From Candidatus Bathyarchaeia archaeon (GTDB lineage: Archaea; Thermoproteota; CALKCG01; B24; JAGTQN01): DNA of 64,000 nt. A program made the position numbers and the translations under genes. This document shows positions 39,501 to 48,426 of this stretch, in pieces (positions within the stretch are counted from its first letter, which is position 1; every line of letters begins with the position of its first letter). The notes under the pieces were generated by a model. It searched no databases. It saw nothing but the letters and a program-made list of their open reading frames with translations, and was not told where the DNA came from. The stretch is from positions 7,155-71,154 of the forward strand of contig JAWCLV010000001.1 in the NCBI GenBank assembly GCA_038850515.1. The letters are read 5' to 3'.

Positions 39501-39770
39501 TCCCTAGATGAGCAGGTGTTGGCTGACGGGACGAGGGTTAAGCGATTCCTCTTTAACTACATCATCATCGAAGGTCGAAACCAATATACCACTGTTAATG
39601 AGATTATAGCCAGAAAGAAGCCCCAAACCGATTTCTACACCCTATCCCTCCTTTCCAAACCGAAATCCCCAGGTCTTCCTGAGCATATTACGGAAACGAC
39701 CCTTACCTTGGTTAAGGATCTAGTTCTCGATTGGGATAGGGAGAAAGGAAGGATTATCGGGAAAATCTAG
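36567..39770 (+). CDS. Giant membrane protein: signal peptide, CarboxypepD_reg-like domain, extracellular region, extra TM helices, complete MacB/FtsX-type permease module, and cytoplasmic C-terminal tail
   Basis: 1067 aa. Signal LIILLAFMFSVFASPSYA. LNIYGFVKDYRGIPIPNATLVILD matches a CarbopepD_reg fold. FtsX TM1 is KRRKLRSSLAIIAIMILITGF, followed by a ~300 aa loop. FtsX TM2-4 is FLIPFVLVVLNVSLVMMNLLHERAKEVSILSMVGLNPGHIATVFMAESIVMGLVGGGLGYFLG...AIRPAIKAAMLATP. The C-terminal tail is ~150 aa. Confidence 0.8.
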   Translation: MTSQITRNEKEIFISHEFFHYRALCQRVLRVYKAKLKLPPLIILLAFMFSVFASPSYAFQGTTLNIYGFVKDYRGIPIPNATLVILDWTTLQYRLCSTDAKGYYSLEVPHIDYYGTHQYIVYALHFDNNGTIDYVPAVYPTNLYDPYARITTSREVSFQLFPGASITVKGSLWYVLSSQVPRWYTLEVIDATTGGSYIFENSIPVFGNPPYRYGIGCDVRFIPQSLINRQTVVIPADKPTYILVKAEFFNDRTNRFQTVSFLIGSEEGAFTLRKGERATMDISVYSATFNLEVLLGLVKEIEGKITEAERVGFFVGGERDDLRKIGMTLSRAQANLPPVNPNPDEDTLRQTRFLLLEKSYNDLKLLERRVDPNTGDMYVISQSHSVFFPPFFAVFAVILASFLFENNRRKIATSMIIYPLMIVGLYFVYPGVKVIFNTEVVIGIKGFWTVSIQGGIFFFSIVILAIIASLLAFFLFPKVYREPIVEGRAPLTSVLSTIFSIGKRNVKRRKLRSSLAIIAIMILITGFTALTSLSWIYGLVKETPKPVNTSAAGVLIMKIPSNETRPHLRSQLFNSLENASLFDYGALSLVPKVENIPSPDPVLFVKASKSAAQPLPIYGVLGIAPSLEEGLTGVGRFIVGGELRDDDEEGVVMSRKLADALGVRIGGTIEVYRSDMSVVKNFTLRAFLEDGFFESLDLDGNSLPPSKLKGSDIVKTNQTETLLFTPKAALKIYEEEKSGIGISRIFVKLSSTSEETLSEFAQAMVHKGYTAWVFRNGMATKYYIGSVFKVEGLEQFLIPFVLVVLNVSLVMMNLLHERAKEVSILSMVGLNPGHIATVFMAESIVMGLVGGGLGYFLGLGMYRLMSFLSPESQIAVREKLEWYWGVVSIAIALLVAVVSAIRPAIKAAMLATPSMVRKMKVTQEERLKRDKEIFKVYLGREFGLPIRVHEREEPFFSSYLTDRLRELMTGLYDRVEEFSLDEQVLADGTRVKRFLFNYIIIEGRNQYTTVNEIIARKKPQTDFYTLSLLSKPKSPGLPEHITETTLTLVKDLVLDWDREKGRIIGKI

Positions 39771-39912
39771 ATCGATATTGAAGATCGATAGTTATTTAGC
39801 CAAGCTATTCTTGCTCAGATTTATACTACAGCCATTTTGTGGTATAAACATGGAAAAGCGAAATTAGAAGAAGGAAAGAAAAAAGAAGGTAAGGAATGCT
39901 GGATTTTCTTCC

Positions 39913-40878
39913 CTACCACCAAGGCTTGACTTCTGGGGGCTCAACTTGAAGTAAGGGTTTCAGGAACTGTATGGCTTGGGCGACCCCAGAAGCTCTGCTC
40001 ATAGTAGGGTCCTCATGCTCTACGGATGCCACATAGTTATAACCTACTTCTAAAAGGGCTGTGATTACGGGCTTCCAAGGAACCTGCCCCCACCCGACTG
40101 TACGGAAACGTACGGCTCTAGCCCCACGGCTCCATGAGCCCGTAACTAGGGCTCCGGTCCTAGAGGTCGAGTAGGGCAAACATTCTACATCCTTTGCATG
40201 CATATGGAATATGCGCTTACCAAGCTCATATATGAAGGCCGTCGGATCCATTTGCTGCCAAAGGAAGTGACTAGGATCGTAGTTAAAGCCCACTGATGGA
40301 TGGTTTTCACTTACCTCGATGAGACGCTTGGCTGTCTCTAGGTTGTAATTCATTTCCTGTGGGTGAGTTTCAAAGGCAATTTTGATATCATGATCCTTAG
40401 CATAATCGAGGATTGGAAGCCATCGCTCCCTATAGAGGCTCCAATAACCCTCCCAGATCCTCTCATTCGCCGGTGGGAAGATATACCACTTCCCCCAATT
40501 AGGACAGCCTGTGAAGGAATTGATCACAGGAACCTCGAGGGCCGTCGCCGCTTCTATGGCTTTCTTAACCCTTTCGGTTCCGTACCTAACCTTCTCATCG
40601 GGAGATCCCTTAAACCAATCATCCGTACTTTCATCCAAGGGTCCGAGGACGAGCTGCCCATCCAAATGTGTGCTTAAAGATGATATGATGAATCCTCGCC
40701 CTTCGATATTCCTCCTATATGCCGAGGCTCCACCCTTAAGGATGGCATCCAAGTCAATATGGGTACTTCCCTTCCAAGTGGCGATCTCAACAGCTTGGTA
40801 GCCTAGTTTTGATAGATGGTCTAAAACCTGGTCGAGGGGCTGATCGTTGTAAAGAACGGTGAAAAGTCCGATTTTCAT
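39913..40878 (-). CDS. Sugar phosphate isomerase/epimerase (xylose isomerase-like TIM barrel; IolE/L-xylulose-5-P epimerase-like)
   Basis: MKIGLFTVLYNDQPLDQVLDHLSKLGYQAVEI with spaced His/Glu/Asp metal ligands of the AP-endonuclease-2/TIM family. Confidence 0.8.
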   Translation of the reverse strand: MKIGLFTVLYNDQPLDQVLDHLSKLGYQAVEIATWKGSTHIDLDAILKGGASAYRRNIEGRGFIISSLSTHLDGQLVLGPLDESTDDWFKGSPDEKVRYGTERVKKAIEAATALEVPVINSFTGCPNWGKWYIFPPANERIWEGYWSLYRERWLPILDYAKDHDIKIAFETHPQEMNYNLETAKRLIEVSENHPSVGFNYDPSHFLWQQMDPTAFIYELGKRIFHMHAKDVECLPYSTSRTGALVTGSWSRGARAVRFRTVGWGQVPWKPVITALLEVGYNYVASVEHEDPTMSRASGVAQAIQFLKPLLQVEPPEVKPWW

Positions 40879-41040
40879 AATCTTTCCTCCAAATTTCTTT
40901 TCTTCAGAAATTACTTAAATCTATCGAAGAATCCTTCCGTCATCTTATGATCTAACTAGGCAAAGGCTCGGCTGAAATGAAAATCAAAATGAAATGTATT
41001 AAATCCAACTTCCCTAATTTTTAGAACTGGGTGAAACCCT

Positions 41041-41183
41041 ATGGGTGAGGAAAGGGTTGGCTTCGTAACCATGGGAGAAGTTAGGAAGGCTGTGGAGAAG
41101 ATCCCAGAAGTGGGAGTCGGCGTACAGATCCCTTAAAAATAAAATAAAAAGAAAAATAGGGACGCGCAATCGGCTACGCCTTC
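41041..41183 (+). pseudogene. Disrupted 5-prime end of the following Gfo/Idh/MocA gene: short ORF MGEERVGFV... in another frame, then an A-rich tract with in-frame stops
   Basis: MGEERVGFVTMGEVRKAVEKIPEV* resembles a Rossmann beta1 start (compare MEKGIGVAVVGYGFMG in the 59226-60233 paralog). A ttaaaaataaaataaaaagaaaaatag tract places TAA/TAG stops in the main ORF frame, and the GRAIGYAFMGKAHS coding resumes with no start codon. Coordinates are approximate. Confidence 0.4.
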
Positions 41184-42287
41184 ATGGGTAAAGCCCACAG
41201 CCATGCCTGGCGAGACATACAAATCTTCTACTGGCCTCCTCCAGCAATACCAAGGCTAATAGCCATATGCGGTCGCACAAAGGAAGCCTTGCTAGAGGCG
41301 GCTAGGCGCTTCGGATACGAAGGTTACTATACGGATTGGAGGGCGATGTTGAAGGATGAAAGAATTCAGATATTTGACAATGCAGCGCCGAACAATGTTC
41401 ATGCCGAACCTTGCATAGCGGCAGCCGAAGCAGGGAAGCATGTCATCAGCGAGAAACCCCTAGCACCAACAGCCGAAGAGTCCAAACGTATGCTCGAAGC
41501 GGTAAGGAGGGCTGGCGTAAAAAACATGTGTGCCTACAATTATCGTTTTGTCCCCGCCATTCGTTTGGCAAAGAAGCTTATAGAGGAAGGCTTTCTCGGG
41601 CGCATATATCACTTCAGGGCCCGCTATCTTCAGGAATGGATCATGGACCCATCCTTCCCCCTCGTCTGGCGTCTGAGGAAGGATATCGCGGGCTCTGGTC
41701 CCCTTGGAGATCTTGGATCCCACATTATAGACTTGGCTAGGTTCCTAGTGGGCGAAGTAAAGGCCGTTCAGGGCATAACGACGACCTTCGTTAAGGAAAG
41801 GCCCCTTCCGGAGGATCCCTCAAGGAAGGGAGCCGTAACGGTTGAGGATGCCTTCGAGGCTACTGTTGAGTTCGCCAACGGAGCAACAGGAACCTTAGAA
41901 GCTACTAGGTTCGCAGGGGGTCGGAAGAACTATAACAACTTCGAGATTAATGGGGAGAAGGGCTCCATAGAGTTCAACCTTGAACGCCTGAATGAACTCC
42001 GCTTTTACAGAAACGACGAGCCCGTTAAGCAAATCATGGGATGGCATGAAATCCTCGTTACAGAAAGCTTTCATCCCCTCATCGACAACATTTACTGGCC
42101 CCATGGACACATCATTGGCTGGGAGCACACCTTCATCAACGAACTTCATCACTTCCTCGACTGCGTTGTTAACGATAAGCCTGTGGCTCCCTACGCAGCC
42201 ACCTTTGAAGACGGCTGGAAGGTGGATGTAATCTGTGAAGCCATCCTCAAGTCTGCCGCTTCGGGAAAGAAGATTATAATTGAATAA
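41184..42287 (+). CDS. Gfo/Idh/MocA family oxidoreductase; annotated start falls inside the Rossmann GxGxxG-equivalent, so likely N-terminally disrupted
   Basis: (IGYAF)MGKAHSHAW...EKPLA...NYRF motifs, as in inositol 2-dehydrogenase-like enzymes; divergent from the sugar-phosphate isomerase gene. Confidence 0.7.
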   Translation: MGKAHSHAWRDIQIFYWPPPAIPRLIAICGRTKEALLEAARRFGYEGYYTDWRAMLKDERIQIFDNAAPNNVHAEPCIAAAEAGKHVISEKPLAPTAEESKRMLEAVRRAGVKNMCAYNYRFVPAIRLAKKLIEEGFLGRIYHFRARYLQEWIMDPSFPLVWRLRKDIAGSGPLGDLGSHIIDLARFLVGEVKAVQGITTTFVKERPLPEDPSRKGAVTVEDAFEATVEFANGATGTLEATRFAGGRKNYNNFEINGEKGSIEFNLERLNELRFYRNDEPVKQIMGWHEILVTESFHPLIDNIYWPHGHIIGWEHTFINELHHFLDCVVNDKPVAPYAATFEDGWKVDVICEAILKSAASGKKIIIE

Positions 42288-42428
42288 ATAGGCTATCGAA
42301 ACCTTAGCCTAGGCTAAAGGATAAACGAACGAAAACAAAATCGCATCCAATAGATCCTAGGCTTTGACTGCCAAAAAAACCAAGACTAAGGAGAGTAAAA
42401 CAACTATCCCGAAGGACAGTATGGAAAC

Positions 42429-43343
42429 ATGAAGGCGACCTTCAAAAATCCTTTCGAAGTGGAAGGCCGATGGTTTAAGGGGAACCTCCATGCCCACACG
42501 AACGAATCTGATGGCATACTTTCGCCTGAGCAAATAATCTATCTCTACCAAAAGAATGGATACTCCTTTTTATCCATCACAGACCATGGAAAGCTGACGA
42601 GAAGGAAGGGCGATCAACAGCCAATCGAAGGCTTCCTCCTCATCCCTGGAGAGGAGATAGCCGTAGGAAAAACAGATCTTGGCACAAACTATCACTTCGT
42701 GATCCTTGGAATTTCTGATGCATTATCTATGAGCGGCGAGAATCCACAAAGGGTTATAAACATCGCTCGAAGCCAAGGGGCTGAGGTAATCTTATGCCAT
42801 CCTTACTGGTCTTCCCTTTGTTCGAGTGATCTCCTTTCTTTGGAAGGTTACATCGGAATAGAGATATACAATACAACTTGCTTTCTGAGCATCGGGAGGG
42901 GGCACTCTCTCATCCACTGGGACGATCTCCTAGCCCGAGGAAGACGGGTCTTTGGCTTTGCTGTAGACGATGCCCATTGGCATTTCAGTAAGAATAGGCC
43001 CGTCGATACATGCGGCGGCTGGATAATGGTAAGGGCATCAGAGTTGACGGAGGAAGCCATTTTAAAAGCCATAAGGGAGGGGCTTTTCTACTCAAGCAAT
43101 GGACCTGAGATTAAGGACCTAAGGCTCGATGGCGACAAGATTTCCATAAGAACATCTCCTGTCGAAGCCATATGCTTCATCACAGATTCGGCAGATTCAG
43201 GGCAGAGGTTCGCAGAAGTCGAGGGAGGAACCCTAACGGAAGCAGAGTATAGGCTTAGGGGATCGGAAAAGTACGTACGCATCGAATGCACAGACCCAAG
43301 GAGCAGAAGCGCTTGGTCTAACCCGATCTTTTTTGAGCTTTAG
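42429..43343 (+). CDS. PHP-domain metal-dependent phosphoesterase (CehA/McbA-like)
   Basis: GNLHAHTNESDG and ITDHG are PHP histidine motifs; a C-terminal beta-rich domain follows. Confidence 0.7.
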   Translation: MKATFKNPFEVEGRWFKGNLHAHTNESDGILSPEQIIYLYQKNGYSFLSITDHGKLTRRKGDQQPIEGFLLIPGEEIAVGKTDLGTNYHFVILGISDALSMSGENPQRVINIARSQGAEVILCHPYWSSLCSSDLLSLEGYIGIEIYNTTCFLSIGRGHSLIHWDDLLARGRRVFGFAVDDAHWHFSKNRPVDTCGGWIMVRASELTEEAILKAIREGLFYSSNGPEIKDLRLDGDKISIRTSPVEAICFITDSADSGQRFAEVEGGTLTEAEYRLRGSEKYVRIECTDPRSRSAWSNPIFFEL

Positions 43344-43416
43344 CCCAAAGCCGTATAATTCCTTTAAGTGGATTAAAATCTTTAAGATTAATTAGAGATA
43401 TCTTGATTCCTAAAAG

Positions 43417-44388
43417 GTGCCATCCTTGGAAGTCAGGAAGGTCCAAGAGAGTGCAGGAACCTTCTTCGTATCCCTTCCCAAGCCTTGGACCCTAAGGAAC
43501 AATGTGACGAAGGGTTCGACCCTTCTAATACTGGAGCGGGCTGATGGCAGCTTAAGCATAACACCGGGCTATAGGATCGAGAAAAACCTAGAAACGGCCT
43601 CCTTGGAATTTTCCCCCCTCCTCGAAAGGGAGATTATAAGCAACTATATGCTGGGCTTCGACCTTATCACCGTCGCATCGAAGGATCGCCTAAGGGCGGA
43701 AGACCTTGAGCGCATGAAGGCCGTTACGAGGAGGCTTATCGGCCTGGAGATCGTAGAAGAGAATTCGAGGACTGTAAAGCTCCAATGTCTCCTCGAGCCC
43801 ACGGCCTTCCCTCCGGAAAGGATCCTTAGAAGGGAGTACCTGCTCGTAGCAAGTATGCATAGGGACCTTATCCTATGCCTTTCGGAGAAGGATGTCCACT
43901 TGGCCGATGCCATCGTAAAGCGGGACGATGAAGTCGATCGCCTTTATTTTCTTCTCGTCCGAATCCTACGTACCATCATACGCCATCCAGCTCTAAGCGA
44001 GGAATTGCGCTTCCCTCCCATCGACTGCCTCGATTATAGGCTCGTGGCTAGCTTCATCGAAGCCATCGCTGACCAGATCGTTAGCATAGCTGAGCAAGTG
44101 TCTCCGAGGCTCACTTCAACCCCAGAGCCGTTTTTAACATCCTTGGAAGAGCTACTTTCGGACACTTTTAGACTTCACGAAGAGGCCATCCACGCCTTCC
44201 TTTCGAAGGAATTTAAACAGGCCAATAAGGTTAGGGAGCGAAGACAAATCTTATCTGAAAGATTACAGTCCTTAGAAAAGGAGATCGCAGAACTTCCCCC
44301 TCAGGAATTCCTTTATGCCTTCACCGTTCTATCTTCCTTGGCTAGGATCCTAGATTATACAATCGATATCGCAGATATGGTTTCATGA
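43417..44388 (+). CDS. AbrB/MazE-type swapped-hairpin DNA-binding domain fused to PhoU-like domains (archaeal PhoU-like regulator)
   Basis: The N-terminal VQESAGTFFVSLPKPWTLRNNVTKGSTLLI looks AbrB-like. Two PhoU-like helical repeats follow (DEVDRLYFLLVR..., ...IADQIVSIAEQV). Confidence 0.65.
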   Translation: MPSLEVRKVQESAGTFFVSLPKPWTLRNNVTKGSTLLILERADGSLSITPGYRIEKNLETASLEFSPLLEREIISNYMLGFDLITVASKDRLRAEDLERMKAVTRRLIGLEIVEENSRTVKLQCLLEPTAFPPERILRREYLLVASMHRDLILCLSEKDVHLADAIVKRDDEVDRLYFLLVRILRTIIRHPALSEELRFPPIDCLDYRLVASFIEAIADQIVSIAEQVSPRLTSTPEPFLTSLEELLSDTFRLHEEAIHAFLSKEFKQANKVRERRQILSERLQSLEKEIAELPPQEFLYAFTVLSSLARILDYTIDIADMVS

Positions 44389-44540
44389 TAAGCAGACAAA
44401 TGCGATTTCTTGAAGCTTTGTCAAATAAGTTCATATCGTATCTCTTCTTCTTACTGGGAAGTTTCTTGGATACTCTACGATGTAACTAATCAGATCAGTA
44501 CCCAATCCTCCATTCTTATACTTCCTTTCGGAAAAAGGCG

Positions 44541-46109
44541 CTACTCCCATTCGATCGTTGCTGGGGGCTTATGAGTGATATCGTATACGACCCTTGTTAC
44601 CTCGGGGATTTCATTCGTTATCCTCGTCGAGATCCTTTCGAGGATTTCATATGGAATCTTCGCATAACTTGCCGTCATGGCTTCTCTGCTTTCAACAGCC
44701 CTTACGGCTATACAATATCCGTACGCCCTAGAATCTCCCTTTATGCCCGTAGACTTCGTATCCGTCAGGATAGCAAAGTACTGCCAAAGGCTTTTGCTCA
44801 TCCCAGAATTCTCGAATTCCTCCTCCACTATCCTTTCAGCCTTCCTCACGATCTCTACCTTTTCAGGGGTCAACTCGCCCATAACCCTCACTGCCAAGCC
44901 TGGACCTGGGAAGGGTTGTCTCCATACGATCCTTTCAGGCAGCCCTAAGGCTTCAGCGACTCTTCTCACCTCGTCCTTGTAGAGGTCCCTCAGGGGTTCT
45001 AAGATGCCCCTGAACTCCATCTTCGTTGGTAGGCCAGCGACGTTATGGTGGGTCTTGATCTTTTCCGAGTGCCTCCTGAAGCCTGACTCGATCCTGTCCG
45101 GGTATATGGTTCCCTGAACCAAGTATTCGGCTCCTTCACGGCGAGCAACATCCTCAAAGACCCTTATGAACTCCTCCCCTATGATCTTCCTCTTCTCTTC
45201 AGGATCCTTTACGCCCCTAAGCCTCTCCATGAACCTTCTTCTTTCATCCAGAACGATTAGCCTCAGACCCAAGGCTTCGAAGGTTTTCTTGACGAACTCG
45301 GACTCTCCATCCCTCATGAAGCCATGATCCACGAAGACAGCCGTAAGGTTACTTCCGATGGCTCTGGCCGCCAAGACTGCGGCTGTGCTAGAGTCGACAC
45401 CTCCGCTGAGGGCGATAATGCATCTACGCCCTCCTACATTTTCCCTGATCTCTTTGACCGCCCTATCTATGAAGTCCTCCATCGTCCAGTTTGCTTCGCA
45501 ACGGCAGACTTCGAAGAGAAAGTTCCTTAGCATATCCAATCCCTTTTCTGTATGGATAACCTCCGGATGCCACTGGAGCCCATAGATGGGCTTTTCAGTA
45601 TGCCTGAAGGCCGCTATAGGACAGTTCTCTGTTCGGGCTAGGGTCTCGAAGCCTTCAGGAAGCCCGTAGACGGTATCTCCATGGCTCATCCATACCTTCT
45701 CCAAGGGTCCTAAACCCTTAAGAACACCTACGGGCCTTTCGATTATCGCGTAGGTTACGCCATACTCCTTCTTAATCCCAGGTTCCACATCCCCTCCATA
45801 GAGCTGAGCGATGAGCTGATGGCCATAGCATATACCCAAAACAGGAATTCCCAGGCTTAATATTCTAGGATCGCATCTTGGTGCTTTTTCATCATAGACA
45901 CTAGAGGGTCCTCCGGATAGAACGATGCCTTTAACTTCAAACCTTCTTTGCAAAGAGTTTATCTCATCAGCTTTCACTTCGCAGGGAAGGATCTCGGAAT
46001 AGACACCCAGCTCCCTTACCCTTCTTCCTATTAGGTGGCAGTACTGTCCACCAAAGTCTAGAATGAGGATGGCATTCGTTCTAGGCTTTATGCGCTCCGA
46101 AGTTCCCAA
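44541..46109 (-). CDS. guaA: GMP synthase (glutamine-hydrolysing), fused GATase plus ATP-PPase plus dimerisation domain
   Basis: ILILDFGGQY with GICYGHQL (GATase Cys), SGGVDSS PP-loop, and the C-terminal KPPATIEWE. Confidence 0.9.
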   Translation of the reverse strand: MGTSERIKPRTNAILILDFGGQYCHLIGRRVRELGVYSEILPCEVKADEINSLQRRFEVKGIVLSGGPSSVYDEKAPRCDPRILSLGIPVLGICYGHQLIAQLYGGDVEPGIKKEYGVTYAIIERPVGVLKGLGPLEKVWMSHGDTVYGLPEGFETLARTENCPIAAFRHTEKPIYGLQWHPEVIHTEKGLDMLRNFLFEVCRCEANWTMEDFIDRAVKEIRENVGGRRCIIALSGGVDSSTAAVLAARAIGSNLTAVFVDHGFMRDGESEFVKKTFEALGLRLIVLDERRRFMERLRGVKDPEEKRKIIGEEFIRVFEDVARREGAEYLVQGTIYPDRIESGFRRHSEKIKTHHNVAGLPTKMEFRGILEPLRDLYKDEVRRVAEALGLPERIVWRQPFPGPGLAVRVMGELTPEKVEIVRKAERIVEEEFENSGMSKSLWQYFAILTDTKSTGIKGDSRAYGYCIAVRAVESREAMTASYAKIPYEILERISTRITNEIPEVTRVVYDITHKPPATIEWE

Positions 46110-46137
46110 GGGCTTTCACCCGATTCATAAGGATTAG

Positions 46138-46602
46138 CTAAACGTAGACCCTCGGATCCTCCTTCACAGTCGTTAAGACGACGTGGGTTACAGTCCTGTC
46201 TACGTACTCCATCCCTAAGATCGACTTTACGAACCTGCTAAGATCCTCCCTATTCTTAAACCTAACAAAGGCGAAGGCATCACTCGTTCCCGTGACATCG
46301 TAGACAGCATAGACGTTCGGGTTCTTAGCGAGCTCCTTCTCGACATCTATGAGCTTCCCCTTGGAAACGACTATCTCAATGATGGCTGTCACATCATAGC
46401 CAAGCTTCGACGCGTTTAAGATCGCCGTATAGCCCTCTATCACTCCCTCTTTCTCTAGGCGCTCTATCCTTGCCTTTACAGTAGCTACAGAGAGTCTCAA
46501 CTTTCTTGCAATCTCCCTGTAGGAAAGCCTCGCATCCCCCGTAAGCACCCTCAAGATCCTAAGGTCCTTGTCATCTAAACGAATGTTTTCCATTTTCATC
46601 AA
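46138..46602 (-). CDS. lrp: Lrp/AsnC family transcriptional regulator
   Basis: LDDKDLRILRVLTGDARLSYREIARKLRLSVATVKARIERLEKEGVI HTH plus a RAM domain; divergent from glnA. Confidence 0.85.
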   Translation of the reverse strand: MMKMENIRLDDKDLRILRVLTGDARLSYREIARKLRLSVATVKARIERLEKEGVIEGYTAILNASKLGYDVTAIIEIVVSKGKLIDVEKELAKNPNVYAVYDVTGTSDAFAFVRFKNREDLSRFVKSILGMEYVDRTVTHVVLTTVKEDPRVYV

Positions 46603-46658
46603 ATTACTTCAAAATGTAAAGGAAAAATATAAATATTTGTACGTTTCTTCAGAATTTT

Positions 46659-48014
46659 GTGAGAAAAATGAACAAAAAGCCTTTAGGAAATTTCTTCGAA
46701 GATAAAGGCGTAAAGTACGTAACCCTCTTCTTCTCCGATATATTAGGTTACCTCAGGGGACGAACTATCCCTGCTAGGGCCTTTCAGGAAGCCTTGGAAG
46801 AAGGCCTAGGCTTCGACGGTTCTTCAATACCTGGCTTCGTAGGAATAGAAGAAAGCGATATGGTGATGAAGCCAGATCCAGAAACGATTCTCGTCCTTCC
46901 ATTCCGAAGGAGCGAAGAATATGTTGCCATGTCGATCTGCAACATCTACAGACCAGGGGACAAAAGGTTTGAGGGCGATCCCCGTTACCTTTGCCAGCTC
47001 GCCAAACTAAGGGCTGAAAGGGAGGGCTTCATCTATAACACTTCGGCTGAACTTGAGTTCTACACAGGTAGGCTCGCCGGTAACGGAGAGTTTGAGCCAG
47101 AAGAATCCCACCTAAAAGAAGCCCATCGTTACTTCGACATCTCTCCAGGAAGGGATTCCACGGAGGAGTTCAGAAGAACCTTCGCATCGGCCCTGAGCGA
47201 AACTGGAAGGTTCATAGTCGAAGCCTACCACCACGAGGTTGGCTCAGGTCAGCATGAGATCAACTTCAGGTTCGGAGACCCAGTCACGACATCCGATAAC
47301 ATTCTGATATATAAGCTCATCGCTAAGGAGGTTGCCAAGAGGAATGGCCTCATCGCAACCTTCATGCCAAAGCCTTGCTTCGGGAGAGCTGGAAGTGGTA
47401 TGCATGTCCACCTAAGTCTCTTTAACCCTAACGGAAGTAATGCCTTCTTCGACGAAAAAGGATACGGGGGTCTCTCTCAGGTGGGCAGATACTTCGTCGG
47501 AGGGCTATTAAGCCACGCAAGGGCCCTTTCCGCCATCGTTGCTCCGACTGTCAACAGCTATAAAAGGCTCGTGCCTGGTTATGAGGCACCAGTCTATATT
47601 GCGTGGAGCCGAAGAAATCGATCAGCCCTTGTCAGAGTCCCCGAATACTTTCCTGGAAAGGAGAGTTCCGTAAGGGTTGAGTTCCGATGTCCAGACCCTC
47701 TATGCAATCCTTACCTCGCCTTCTCGGCAATCCTCGAAGCGGGCCTTGATGGAATTAGAAGAAAGCTAGAGCCGGGAGATCCTTTAGAAAAAGATGTCTA
47801 TCACCTTACTCCTGCCGAGCGAAGAAGCCTTGGCATAGGAACGCTCCCTTCATGCCTAAGCGAAGCCTTGGACGCCTTAGAAGAGGATTATGTGGTGAAG
47901 GCAGCTCTAGGAAATTATGTATTTGAGAGGTTCTTGTCCCTCAAGAGGAAAGAGTGGGATGATTATGTGATGAGGGTGACCCCTTGGGAACTTGAAAAAT
48001 ACTTATATGCTTAG
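46659..48014 (+). CDS. glnA: Glutamine synthetase
   Basis: GS beta-grasp N-terminus (VKYVTLFFSDILG), catalytic-domain motifs (MPKPCFGRAGSGMHVHLSL, NSYKRLVPGYEAP), 451 aa. Confidence 0.9.
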   Translation: MRKMNKKPLGNFFEDKGVKYVTLFFSDILGYLRGRTIPARAFQEALEEGLGFDGSSIPGFVGIEESDMVMKPDPETILVLPFRRSEEYVAMSICNIYRPGDKRFEGDPRYLCQLAKLRAEREGFIYNTSAELEFYTGRLAGNGEFEPEESHLKEAHRYFDISPGRDSTEEFRRTFASALSETGRFIVEAYHHEVGSGQHEINFRFGDPVTTSDNILIYKLIAKEVAKRNGLIATFMPKPCFGRAGSGMHVHLSLFNPNGSNAFFDEKGYGGLSQVGRYFVGGLLSHARALSAIVAPTVNSYKRLVPGYEAPVYIAWSRRNRSALVRVPEYFPGKESSVRVEFRCPDPLCNPYLAFSAILEAGLDGIRRKLEPGDPLEKDVYHLTPAERRSLGIGTLPSCLSEALDALEEDYVVKAALGNYVFERFLSLKRKEWDDYVMRVTPWELEKYLYA

Positions 48015-48426
48015 CTTAGAAGTGAAGTAAGGCGATTCATCGCCTCCTAGGAGAGTCTTATTACCTTCATGCGACAAGCCTTAGGCGATATAAGCCATTT
48101 AGGCTTATCCCTCCAACATGGGTTCTAAGTAGCCAAAGAACCTCGGATGCTTCTTGACCGCCCTTTTCCTTCGAGTCGATCTGAATCCATGCCATTCGTT
48201 CGGAATGGTTCTGGAATAATCCTTGCTTGGTTCAGTCGCCTTCCTTTTGCGTTGCTAAGGGCTCGTCGAATACGATGCAACATAGGCGATAGGCACCCTC
48301 GGCATGCCTTAAAGTCCCATCGATGTAAGAAAGCTTGGAAGGGATTCCCATAATCTTTTTGGACGAAAGAGTTCAAAGCTTAAAAGGAATCGATGGGAAG
48401 AAACAGAATAATCAGAGTGACTATCC

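Noticed and set aside
48125-48376. Overlapping small ORFs on both strands (83 aa minus, 68 aa plus) downstream of glnA
   Set aside because: They are mutually overlapping, Arg-rich with no motifs, and sit in a region with hairpins more consistent with non-coding RNA or UTR.
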